This document shows, one piece after another, positions 29,116-41,142 of a stretch of DNA of 64,000 bases. The notes under the pieces are model-generated. The model did not search any database. It was not told the origin of the DNA and saw only the letters and a program-made list of their open reading frames with translations. The position numbers and the translations under genes are program-made. The stretch covers positions 248,001 through 312,000 of the forward strand of contig NW_026858277.1 in NCBI RefSeq assembly GCF_026571515.1, read 5' to 3'. Source of the DNA: Ruditapes philippinarum. Its lineage: Eukaryota. Position 1 is the first letter of the stretch. Every line of letters starts with the position of its first letter.

Positions 29116-29325
29116 TTAATCCTTAACCTGTTGTAACCGGAAGTGGTATGTCATTTGCCACCTGAATATAGAGACAAACAAGCCGGTACATCCGTGCCGT
29201 CTGACCAGGCTCAATACTATTTTTAGCTCAATTTTTGAAGTTTTATATTAAAATCCCTTAAACTTAAATGGACTGTTCTAAATTCAAAAAGACGGACAAA
29301 TCCATTACAAGTATTTAGCAGGTGT
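29116..29325 (+). mobile_element. Old TTAA-bounded MITE family remnant (related copies at ~22849-23020 and ~35520-35709)
   Basis: Shared blocks tttgccaccagtatagagccag..., catccgtgcagtctgaccagg, aatggactgttccaaa...ggacaagtccatt...gcagg..aaggttaa in three dispersed degenerate copies. Confidence 0.55.
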
Positions 29326-29476
29326 ATGTATAGTTGATGAAAAATGATATCCTATATTTTGTGTGTTTTATATATATATATAATTCACAATATAATTGAT
29401 TGTTACTGATTAGTGTAATGAACCTATTTCAAGTGACTCCTAACGTCGCTTTTTTGATACAAATATGTTAATATTT

Positions 29477-29711
29477 GAACCGCGTCACGACAAAACCAAC
29501 AAAATGGGTTTGCGACAAACATGGATCCAGACCAGCCTGTGCATCCGCGCAGTCTGATCAGGATCCATGCTGTTCGCTATCAGTTTCTCTACTTGTTATA
29601 GGGTTTGTAAGCGAACAGCATGGATCCTGATCAGACTGCGCGGATGCGCAGGCTGGTCTGGATCCATGCTGGTCGCAAATCCATTATGTTGGTTTTGTCG
29701 TGACGCGGCTC
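29477..29711. mobile_element. Palindromic MITE family A, copy 3
   Basis: Same TIRs, flanked by the 14-bp direct repeat ATATGTTAATATTT. Confidence 0.92.
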
Positions 29712-30640
29712 ATATGTTAATATTTTAGCTGTTTGTTTTTACATGAGTAGACGCTGGTCTAATGGCTGTCTCCCCGATGTCTGTTTGAAGCACGATATAT
29801 TTCATCAAAGATTACATAAAACCTTCAGGCCAAGAAATATGCAAGATGTTAACATATCTGATTTTGTAAATATTTCATCATTTTAAACTATACGGGGGTG
29901 TTTACTAACTTAAAAGTATGTGAACATCAGAGTGTGCTTTATATATCTTGTGTTCTTGTTTTATTGCCAGTGTTGCCTGTCTTGTTTAGTGTCCTGCTGG
30001 GCTCCTTGACGGTCCTGTGTTGGGGGATGCGTTCGTTGAATGCTGCACTTCCTTATTGATCTTGTTTTTTTCCATATGTTACACTTTATTCTCCCTCTGT
30101 TTTGTTTTCAAATCTTTCTAATGTTCAAAAGGCATATAAAACTAATACCCTACTTTCGTTTTCAAAAACATTTGTAGGAATCTGCTTGAATGATTTCGTT
30201 TGTATTTTTATGGCCCAAAGTCAAAATGGTTCATATTTCATTGATGTTCTTCTTCTGGCCTAACATTGGCTCAACACGGAAAAACTAAAAATGTTAAATT
30301 TGATTGAACCTGTTCAAGGACGGTTGTGGTAAATATTTCCTACTGCTACCCTCTTCCCCCGCCCCTTCCTTGCCAACACCGGCTGAAGATGAAAGCGGTA
30401 TTATTAAGAATTTTAGTTTAGTTTTATGCGCACATCTTAGAATATATTTAGACGAGGAGCACATCTATAGATGTTTCTAATTTAAAATTTTCAATTCCAT
30501 TTTGAATATTGAATTCTGCTTGAGTCGGTGCTAGGGGCATGGGCGGATGCTTGCCCTTTCAAGTACCCTCCATAAACATACCGAGCCTGTAACTTTTCCA
30601 ATTCTACCGTATTGGGCGTTTGTTAGTAGTTTGTATATTT

Positions 30641-30863
30641 TGTTTGGTTTTACGGCGCACCAACACAATTTACGTCATATGGCGCTGAAACAGGCAAGAT
30701 GATTTTGGCTAACCTCTGGTGTTACAAACTTCAAAGCAACACCAGGGGTCAAAACCACATCATCTGCTGGAACTAAGGGATGTATAGACGCTATTTACGG
30801 GATAAACGGTGGCTGTAAGTTTGATGCCATAACCCTAAAAGGCAACCCCTCAGCCACAAGGGG
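30641..30863 (-). mobile_element. ~225-bp SINE-like dispersed repeat, copy 1
   Basis: Colinear with 34723-34965 in the opposite orientation. Head CCCCTTGTGGCTGAGGGGTT (A-box-like); tail gttggtgcgccgtaaa.ccaaaca. Confidence 0.65.
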
Positions 30864-31063
30864 TAAATATAAAAGAATTTTGAAAGGGCATCAGAGGTTT
30901 TCTTGCATAGCAGACTGGCGTTTCCGTCAGTTTTACCCATGCCGGAAATTTCATCTGGCATGGGGGGTGCCAGATGTGTCGCGTGCTGTACATATAAATT
31001 TCCATTGAAAATAAAGATAAAGAATTTAAAATATAATGGAATTTGGTAGAATATGCAAGAAAA

Positions 31064-31201
31064 AATATCTGACATATGTCTGCGGTTCGGATCGGAATAT
31101 CCGCCCCTCGGTCGGTAACTCGGCAAGCCTCGTTACCGCCCAATAGGCGGGTCACCTCGGGACGGATATTCCGATCCGAACCGCAACATATGACAGATAT
31201 T
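31064..31201. mobile_element. GC-rich hairpin element (MITE or terminal palindrome of a larger element that may extend to ~30865)
   Basis: Near-perfect ~40-bp arms aatatctgacatatgtctgcggttcggatcggaatatccg / cggatattccgatccgaaccgcaacatatgacagatatt. Confidence 0.75.
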
Positions 31202-31335
31202 ATTAATGAAGCATACTTGTGATATGGCAAAGTATATTGGCATGTCTTAGAATTGTAACATGTCACATTGCAGACGTTTTAAAGCTCAACTAACATACAT
31301 TTAATTAAATCAAAATGAAGAACTTTATATTTCAG

Positions 31336-31398
31336 AGCAGCAGCTGGTGATATACCGATTATGTGACGTCTTGGCCAATGAGATTCGAGATTACAGAG
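31336..31398 (+). CDS. Possible internal exon (63 nt, phase 1-1) of an unidentified gene
   Basis: ttatatttCAG|...AGAG|GTAAAT. The open frame reads xQQLVIYRLCDVLANEIRDYR. No family recognised. Confidence 0.3.
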
Positions 31399-32043
31399 GT
31401 AAATTCTTGATGACGAATGTTCATTTAACCTTCCACAGAATGAGGAAATATTTTTTTTTAATTATGTATCATAAAGTATTGATAATATATGGTCCTGCTT
31501 GAAAATATTCCTGAAAGCTTGAATATTTGTATGTAAATATCTTTAAAACGTTATTGAATTATTTTTAAAACAATGAATTGGTAGTTAAGTTCTGGTTTTA
31601 TTCCGGTTGTTAAATACGAGTATTAATCAACTTTTTGATCGTTTTTTATTATTGCTGGTTAAAATAAATGACTTCGACACGTTCTGCACTGACACTCCTT
31701 TTCCAGCAGAGAGATAAACTACATGTTTAGACCATCTAATAACTCTGTTGCAATTCATTTCTCTTTACTATGTTCCATTTTAAGGTAATGTGATTTCCTT
31801 GAAAAAAAAAACAACTAAAACCCAACCAAATCATTGAGTCATATCCGTAGTTAGTTTCTTGAAGCGTGTGGTTTTTACGTGATAGATTCATTGATATGAA
31901 TGGTCAAAGTAAAATGATTGTGCCTCGACTTAATGTCTTAGTAAAACCTACACACAAAGGTTTTAAAGTGAGACAATCTTTCGATAAATCTTCATGAATT
32001 AATCATTTACTTTATGATAAAAGCCAATGTTTTACACCTCCAG

Positions 32044-32152
32044 TTATGAGTGCCTGTGGTGAATTGTCGATTGAAATAAAAAGTAAATTAACGAAAATAT
32101 CACATAGAGAAATGAAACAAGTGTGACTTTCAAATGTACAGATATCTTGTAG
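32044..32152 (+). CDS. Possible following exon containing a stop codon (TGA 32124-32126)
   Basis: ttttacacctcCAG| acceptor and AG|GTAAGT donor. It continues the previous exon in phase: VMSACGELSIEIKSKLTKISHREMKQV*. Confidence 0.28.
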
Positions 32153-33320
32153 GTAAGTTTTTATTTGTACAATGATACTTTTTCCATCTGTTTTATTTTA
32201 AACCGTAATTATTAAACGATACATTATCAATAAGATAGTAAGTTTAATAGAATAGGATATACATGTACATTTTGTACTGAAAAAATGTAAAGGAATACCG
32301 GGCTTGCCTTTAGTTAAAAACAAAATTGCTGTAACATTGTTATAACTCGTAAAAAGGAGAATACTCATCGCCCTGAACAATGTTTATATTTTAATGTCAT
32401 TTTTATCACTTAAAAGACAAATAATTTATACGACTTCAAAGTGAAAATTGATAAATTTAAAAGGTAAGAGTTTTCAGCTTGTTACACTTGTCATCTTGGG
32501 CGATTTGCTATTAATTTTTCAGGCTTTTTTATCACTTATATTCAATTATACATTCTGTTTACGTGTATAGAGAGTATAACATATGTTTAAGTGTCAAATA
32601 GATAATAAAAGTAGGTAATTGTAACGTTTTTATGACACACATTGATACATTTATTAAGTGTAGAAGTCCATCTAAGGTGAATGTCTTCTGACCCTCGACT
32701 CTAGAATGTTTACTTAATCAGATAAGTGATATTGACTACCCTCACACAGTAGATAGCCGATTTGTTGGCTTGTTTATTGTAAATTTACACATCCGAAAAT
32801 TTATAGGTTTGTTAAGTTTACATTAACTGTCCTACTGTTTAATATGTAAAAATTATTATTTACGGTAACTGTCGATAATAAGGTGTAAATTGTCTTCTAC
32901 ATTTTGAATGTTGACGTTGATTATTGTAAAAGGGATTCCACTAAGGGTTTTTACACGGAGGGGCCGACTGAAAATTCTTTCTTTTTCTAGAGATTTCTAT
33001 ACCATTTAATGTAGATCTGGACCAGTAACTTTTGTGCAAAAATTCCGATCATTTGTTCTGAACAATCATTTCAATTGTTCAAATTGATTGTTTTTTTTAA
33101 CGTTTGTAACCCAAATCAGTCTTGGAATCAATCTCTCAAAATATTGATTTTCAATTTAATTCTAATAATATTTTTTTTTTACTTTATGTTGAAAATGTTT
33201 TTGTTTTTTTATTCATTTTAATGTGCTTGAAGAATTCAAATTTCATGATTTTACTGTACAGTACAGCTAGTATTCCATAGGTGTGTTAATGTAAAATTAT
33301 GTACCTAACATAAACTATTT

Positions 33321-33555
33321 GAGCCGCGTCATGACAAAACCAACATAATGGGTTTGCGACCAGCATGGATCCAAACCAGCCTGCGCATCTGCGCAGTCTG
33401 ATCAGGATCCATGCTGTTCGCTTACACACCCTATTACAAGTAGAGAAACTGATAGCGAACTGCATGGATCCTGACCAGACTGCGCGGATGCGCAGGCTGG
33501 TCTGGATCCATGCTGGTCGCAAACGCATTATGTTGGTTTTGTCATGACGCGGCTC
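33321..33555. mobile_element. Palindromic MITE family A, copy 4
   Basis: Same TIRs; TSD ATTT/ATTT. Confidence 0.92.
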
Positions 33556-34178
33556 ATTTGACGTTACAGTTTTGCACCTATTTACTAGTATTCCAAAAAA
33601 AAAAGACACTGGGAAGAAACAAATCTAAACGCAATAATATTCAATATATATCAATCTAATAAAATGCTGTCACCAATTTATTTTAAGTAAACAGTAATTA
33701 ATTTAGTTATCACGTTAATAACTCTAATATTGCCTATTCAAAAGGTAATTTCAAATCTTACTACAAAATTAACGATAAAGTGGTTTCGACAATTTTACTT
33801 TAATTTAAATAAGTAATAAAGATTCGAGGGATAAGAAACCGCGTATATTGGTGTGGTTAAAACTGAAGATATTTTAGAAATATAACGACTCTTTAATACT
33901 TTACAAAACGGAGAAAAATTTGTAATAATTTCAACATAACAAAAGTACTGAAAGTTTAAACATGAGTCTTTGAAGCAGCATACCGGATTCATGCTAATTT
34001 TCATGAAAATTTTGAAAATGTTATTAAAGGTAAAAAATTTTGAAATGAACAAAGAAGTAATTAATACACTTATAATCCACGTAAATTCCCATAAAAGAGG
34101 TCTAACTATATAATAAAATGGCCCTTAATGCGTTAGTCATGTAGCAGGGATACGGTGATCAACACAGTAAAATCATTT

Positions 34179-34414
34179 GAGCCGCGTCACGACAAAACAC
34201 AACATAATGGGTTTGCGACCAGCATGGATCCAGACCAGCCTGCGCATCCGCGCAGTCTGATCAGGATCCATGCTGTTCGCTTACAAACCCTATAACAAGT
34301 AGAGAAACTGATAGAGAACAGCATGGATCCTGATCAGACTGCGCGGATGCGCAGGCTCGTCTGGATCCATGCTGGTCGCAAACGCACTATGTTGGTTTTG
34401 TCGTGACGCGGATC
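34179..34414. mobile_element. Palindromic MITE family A, copy 5
   Basis: Same TIRs; TSD ATTT/ATTT. Confidence 0.92.
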
Positions 34415-34722
34415 ATTTAATTTATCGCACATAAAGTACAATTTTACTTGAATATTGAATCTCTTTCCTTTTCAAAACATTTTAAAACCTTTTTCTCAAG
34501 TTTAATTTTCTTGAAATATCTTGTCTCATCTGGAGGAATGCATATTTAAACGTGACATACAAGAATGATACACACATATACACCGTTTAAACTAAAATCA
34601 ATATCTGTTTTACAGCATAATTCTGAAACTGGACATGATGTATGTTGTCGTTGTTGTTTTCTCCTCACACCGCTTTTGCAATTAACTGTATTTATCTATA
34701 TACGCTTTTACCTATAGTTCCT

Positions 34723-34965
34723 CCCCTTGTGGCTGAGGGGTTACCTTTACAGATTGAGGCATCATAATTGCCACCGTTAAAACCCTGCGTGATCGTAATT
34801 TTCGATTGTTGGAGTCTATGCACCTCTCATCTTAAGCAGGTGAGGTCATTTTGACCTCTTGCGTTGCTTAAAGTTTGTAACACCCGAGGTTAGCCAAGAT
34901 CATCTTTCCTGTTTTGAAGCCATTTCACCTAAACCGTTGGTGCGCCGTAAATCCAAACAAACAAA
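34723..34965 (+). mobile_element. ~240-bp SINE-like dispersed repeat, copy 2
   Basis: Same 5' start and 3' tail ending in (CAAA)n; shared block aagtttgtaacacc.gaggttagccaa.atcatctt.cctgttt. Confidence 0.65.
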
Positions 34966-35519
34966 TCAATAGTGCCTTTTATAACAACCACCGCTGTAAG
35001 GAATTACTCGATCGTGCTAACGTGATAAAACTGTTGGCACCGAGAAAGTATATCATTGTGATAGATGATTTTGTGATTTATCCTATAATTTACACTAATA
35101 TAGCTCAACATTTCGGGACTTATTTACATAAATATGTAATCACACCCACGGATAACCTTAATGGATGCAAAGTGCAGTTAAGCACTATCGAATAAGGAGG
35201 AACTACAAAAATTGTTCAATAGTCTGTAACATATTCAGTTTTGCCGTGTTGGGCTTTCTTTAGGGATTCTTTTTTCTCTCCCCTATTTGAGTTAACAAGA
35301 AACCGTTATAACTTATACCTTTGCAAAACATGTTCTCGGATTCAATACGTATGTTTCTTACAACCCCGTCAGGGGCATGCCATTGTTTTCTAAATCAAGA
35401 AATTTTACACACATTGCTCAGTACTTGCTGGCTCCAGGAACGGATTTGAGAGTATGTCTATAAGCTTATAATGGCTTCCTACACAAATGAACAAAATAAA
35501 TTTTATGTAAACAAATAGA

Positions 35520-35709
35520 AAACTATTAGCCTTTGCCCCCAGTATAGAGCCAGGTTTACTTGCATATTCGTGCAGTCTGGTCAGCCCAAATACTGCGGGC
35601 TGAATAGTTCTAAATGTTTCGTCTTTATATTCCAAACTTGATAATGGACAATTCCAAACATGGAAGTGCGACTAGTCTATTTTTAGTAATGCAGCAGGAT
35701 AAAGGTTAA
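35520..35709 (+). mobile_element. Old TTAA-bounded MITE family remnant
   Basis: Similar to 29116-29325; ends gcaggataaaggTTAA. Confidence 0.55.
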
Positions 35710-35739
35710 CAGACATTCGCTGGTGGTGGCGGTGTTGGT

Positions 35740-35990
35740 AGTTTTCACTCCGGATCACGGCAGTAAGCCACATTGTATATACCAGAACCCAGTTCAGTCA
35801 CTGTATCGTTCCAGGGCAGGCTTTCGAGCAGTTTACCATCACTTTCGCAAGGAACTGAAATCTCTGCTGCTTACCAGAGCAGAGGTACAGTGTGAATGAC
35901 CGTAGAAACGCTTTTATGATCAATCACAACGAAAGTGAAATGCAATGTCGCCCGATTCACAGTCCAACGCTGTACCTATTAGATTAACTG
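35740..35990 (-). mobile_element. Degenerate SINE remnant
   Basis: The block gaatgaccgtagaaa...ttatgatcaatcacaacgaaag resembles the reverse strand of common molluscan tRNA-SINE bodies. This is from recall, not a database match. Confidence 0.45.
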
Positions 35991-38900
35991 GACAAGAAAC
36001 TCGGTTGTAGAAATCCCAACATTTATAACTATAAGTCCCTGATAACGTTTCTAGGTGAAATTCACAGCCTGCATAATATTGTTCACTATACAGTATAGGT
36101 TATGTTATTACAGTATATAAACATTCTTTCAACAATGAAATGCTTATTGGTTTTACAATTATACTGCACAAAATGTGTAAGTCATGATGAATATGTCATA
36201 TTCAAAAATGTAAAAGACATATTTATATCATGTTTGTGGTTTTCGGTTGACCCTCATCCTGATTTATGCCTCGTTTTAAAATGTGGCGGCATATAAACAA
36301 TACTTACAGTCGTCTGCGTTTAAGCTAAGGTCACACATCTGACTTGATTTACAAGAGTATAGTGTATCTATCTGTCATAAGCCGTCTTCCGACTTCATAT
36401 GAAATCTTATCTCATATTATCACTACATCAGTAAATATATATCATTTATTTCACCGACTTTGATCATGTTTCCGTTTTTGACGTTTGGCACAGTATAAAT
36501 TTTAGCCTTATTCACCTAGCACTGTGATGTCGTTGTCATCGCTTTTGCAGTAATTCATTGGTTTGGCAGTCGAACGAAAACAGGTGAAATGATATTAAAA
36601 TGGTTATCATTTAAGCTGTAAGTTTGGAATGTATGTCTGAGCTAATATTGAAAATATACACTTTTCTTAAATTAAGTATGCCTGCATGTCGTATTTTTAG
36701 AAATAAAAAAATTAAACAACAATATAATGATTTATCAACTTCGTCTGAGTTGGACTATATTTTAGTACAAGAAACCATTTGACTGAATTTTTGTTTTAAT
36801 CAAGTCAGTCAAGCAACACCTTGAAACAGATACTTTTCTAAGTCGTTTTTCTATTATTCATTATCATATTTGATTTTTGCTTTCTATTTCTGTAAAATAT
36901 TATATTTAATGTTAAATTTGAAAATTTCAAAAGCAATTTAACTGGAGTTTTTTATACAGGAGAAGCTCAGGTTTTCCTTCTTATCCAAGAATTCTTTTAA
37001 TTTAAAATTGATTTCATAATAATTAAAATAAGGCTTAGTTTCGTATGTCCTTAAAAGTAATTAAATTTATATTTACAGTAGTCTCAGATTTTTAATACTC
37101 CTGTAATAACCCATGTGAAGATGTACAAATTCTAAAAACATAAACGTTATAGCAAACCCTGTCATGGCTTATTTATGAAGAAAGTACAAATTGTTTAGAT
37201 GTTTCAAATTTAGTCGTGTTCTATCGTGATTTGCATAGGTATTCATGTTTTATGTGTTTTACGTCATGACGTAAATCTTAGCATGTTTCCGAAGGCTTTT
37301 ACTTAAAGAAAACGCACATTGTTTAAATACAATTAAATATTCCGAAATAACTATTTTTTGCACTTTATTTTGATAACATCACTAAATCATAAACTAAATA
37401 TCAAAAGAAATGCACGTTGTTGTTTTGTAATAAAAATCATGCCCGTATCTTTATAATAGTATTATAACTTAAAATCAAGAACAAAAAGAAAGTAAAAAAT
37501 AAAACAATGAACAAAAATGACTTTATTATATGTCATACATTGTTAATTAAAGCTTTTGAAGTAAGCAAACTCCTCCAAGTTGTGAATTTTTCTTCAAAGC
37601 TTAGTTTTCTGTACTTATAGGACATTTGGTCATATAAAATGTTGATCCTACCAAGCAAAGACAAAATAACTTTATTCACCACATTTGCTTGTATATAAAT
37701 TTTGTTGTAGTTACAACTGTTTTTCTCATAAGTTATACATTGTTGCATATCTATGTGACTTTTTCAGCATATGCATACTAAAGATAATGTCTTAAGTTAT
37801 TCCTGCAATGCAATGCATCATCTTAACGGTTTTTTAAAGATTGTTTCGAATTGTCACATCAATTGAATTTTATTTTTTCTATAGCGTAATATAAGCTTTA
37901 TTACTTTCAATACACGTAAACATGCAAATATGAGGAATTTACACTAAATGATATAAATATACGAGGATTACAAAGGATGAAATGAAGACTTTTTTAAAAT
38001 CAACAAAACATCAAAACATGCAAATCAATTGTTACAAATTTGACAAGAGTGTTACAGTTGGTTTAAATAAACAAATTTTGGATTGACAAAAAAAAACTAA
38101 ATCAAATAAATCTTTAACAATAGATTTATCAATGCAAATGACATACTTACTCCTTATGTTTAACGGATATTACGCACTTTATAGCAAACAAAATTATAAA
38201 TCATTGTTAACTAGATATATTTGTTTTATTTACTTTTGTTTGATATGTACTTTAGCTTACTTATATTTGTCACACTCGATTTTATTTGTATATACAATTA
38301 AAGCTCTTAAAAACATTCTTCTGAAATAGTTTCACGTACGCAATCATGACAGTGCATTGAAATGATGGAACGATTCAATATGCAGTTAAACATATTTTAT
38401 ATCAAGAACAGGTGCCCGTTTAAACGCCTTGAATTCATTTTATTTATAATTGGTATTTCTTGTATTCATGGCGGTCGGTAAACTGGTATGATACAGGGTA
38501 ACAACACCTACGCTTTATTATTATATATTTTACATATGTTGATACATTATGTATAATAGAACCTTAGCAACGGACTGTCTACCGAAGGTTAGATTGTTGA
38601 AAAATATATTTAACGTAGTTCTTTGAGGCGATAAAAAGTTCACACCTTCAGATGTTGACTTCATGAAACGCCCTAATACTTAGTATGTTCAAAGTGGAAG
38701 TCTGTCGAGCTTACACTAATAGAAGTTGAAACGGCATATTGAATTTCAAAGGTACTAAGAATTTATACTGATAAACCTGTTTTTATTAAATCATTTCAGA
38801 ATTTAAAGTACATGTAGCTAGAAATCCACGCCGGCGGGTCTCACCCGTCTCGTTTTGTTTCGTAACGTAAACGAGATTTTACAAATTTAGTATTAAGGGG

Positions 38901-40971
38901 TACCTCTGTTTTCCTCTCTTAAAATTTCAACTAACTTTTGTCGCATATCATTTAGAAAATGCGGTTACGCGGTATATTGTTTAAAGGGAATTGATTAGTC
39001 AATTTGTTCACTAATTTGGGTAATTACAATGCATCATTTCATTAACGCTTTCTTTAAAGTGGTAGAACAATTTAACGTTACTACGTGTATTTCGTGACGT
39101 CACGTAGGTGATGAATGTTCGACACAGAAAGTATGACCCAATTCTTATTTTCTTTTTCTTTTTTTTAAAGAAAAATGCCAAATTGTTTATTTCACTCTAT
39201 TAAAAGAAAAAACAGTATATTAAGTAATTTTGGTAGCCTTATAATGAACGCGTTATTATATGACGCCAAACTAATAAAAAAACTTTATTGATTAAATCTA
39301 TTTACAGACAAAAGATTGAACGACATGATCTATTTCTTTGAAAAAATGGCGGATTTGTATTCGAGGAAGTCAATCACTAGGGACCGACTTTGCTATGCCA
39401 GACAGTTTAACTGGTTAATCTATGCAAATATACTGATTAACCTTTACCAAACCAATCCAACTAAACGATGCTTTCCGGATTGTCGCAAATAATATTATAC
39501 AGTTTTGGGTTTTGATTGTCGTAAACAATGTTAATCACATCAATTTTAATACAGTGACTGATATAGTGGTTAATCGTATATAACTATCCATTTCAATTAT
39601 GGTTTTGGGGGAAAAAGAATGCGGTTTTGTATCAAAAAAAGGTTTCATAAAACCAAGAATGTTGCAAATTAATTAAATTCAAATATGATGATTAATTTAT
39701 AAGTTTTACGAGAAATAAAATATTTTTTACAAAATGATTATACTCGAAGTCGTGTTCTTGTTATGGGAGATCTAATTGAGCGCCACAACTAATAAACAGA
39801 GATGTCTATTTTGATAATATTAACAACTGTTCTCTTTTTACGACGTGGGTTAAAACAGTATTCGCTTTGTGGTTTTGTCTTGTGCCCACATAATTCTTTT
39901 CCAAATATTTGAATTTCAGTTTTTGGATTGGATAAACAATGAAATGAAATAAATCAAGTTAATACTCGTAATCATGATTTCCTCATAATTGTTCGTGACG
40001 ATGGTTTGTAAAGTATGTGTTTAATATTGTAATATATATGTATATGTTTGCTCTTAATGCTCTTTATCACTGTCCTCAATATTTCATTACTTGTAATAAA
40101 AAAATATATTTAAAAATAATGCAGATAGCGGAAGTAAATGAATCAAGTGCACATTTGTTTATAAGTTATCAAGTATGCAACATTTAAATATCCTGGTTAA
40201 GTATCAAAACCGGAAGTTTAATTATAAGAGTTCTCGTGAATCCTACGTAACAACTAAGTATAACTTTTATTTTAGTCTCGATAAAACAATGCGGATTCAC
40301 GGAAAAGACAAAATAAGGGCGACAATATGGCATTTAAAGTAATATTGTTTTTTGTTGTTTTTAAGCCTAAATAAAAAAAAAAGAAGATACGACAGAGTAG
40401 ATGCGTTGTTGCATTTTTTTTTCATTGTTGCATTTACGAAGTGTTGCATTTTTGTTTCATTGTGTCATTTATGCGTTGTTGCAGATTTGTTTCATTGTTG
40501 CATGTACGGAATGTTGCATTTTTGTTTCATTGTTGAAGAAAATGCAAAAAATAACACTATACACATAGCATGCATTTTTGCCTAATTTTGACGTCTTTTC
40601 GCTTTTATACACCTCGAGAATGCATGCGAAAAAAAGTTGAAAACCAAAATACAACAAAGTTTCACTTTGTCGTTTCTTCGTGTTTTGCCTTTTTTGGCGA
40701 AAAAGATACGTGCATCAGTCACCATATTTAAGTGACTTTTTAAGAAGCACTCAATAGGATAACTTCCTATTTTATAAACGTAATCATGACGTCACTCCGA
40801 CGATTTTCATTGGTTGATCATAATGTCAAGGGTTTTTAATGATATATATAAATATGTATCTTATCTTATATATTTTAAACGCTTTTCTTGATGCATGCTC
40901 ACAACACAAAAGTAATAGTAATTACAAACTGAAGGTATGTTACTATCTACATAGTATTTCACAAAATTTAC

Positions 40972-41020
40972 CAAACTCCAACGTTTCGAGGGGTTAAACC
41001 CCCCTTTATCAAGATGTTTG
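40972..41020 (-). ncRNA. Minimal type I hammerhead ribozyme motif (U3-A8 variant), inverted copy
   Basis: The minus strand reads CAAACATC-TTGATAA-A-GGGGGG-TTTAA-CCCCTC-GAAA-CG-TT-GGAGTTTG. Stem I pairs at 7 of 8 positions; stem II is 6 bp with one G-U. Confidence 0.65.
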
Positions 41021-41093
41021 CTATTTATTTTATGAATCTCATATTTATCCTTTTTTTCTTACACTATCTATATGTGATTTTTAGAATAAACAG

Positions 41094-41142
41094 CAAACTT
41101 CTTGATAAAGAGGGGTTTAACCCCTCGAAACGTTGGTGATTG
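41094..41142 (+). ncRNA. Minimal type I hammerhead ribozyme motif (U3-A8 variant)
   Basis: CAAACTTC-TTGATAA-A-GAGGGG-TTTAA-CCCCTC-GAAA-CG-TT-GGTGATTG. Core UUGAUAA/GAAA, perfect 6-bp stem II, palindromic minimal stem III, GUU site (cut after 41134). Stem I pairs at 6 of 8 positions. Confidence 0.65.

Noticed and set aside
30791-31266. Overlapping 111-aa and 138-aa minus-strand ORFs
   Set aside because: They span a SINE-like repeat and a GC-rich hairpin element; no protein features.
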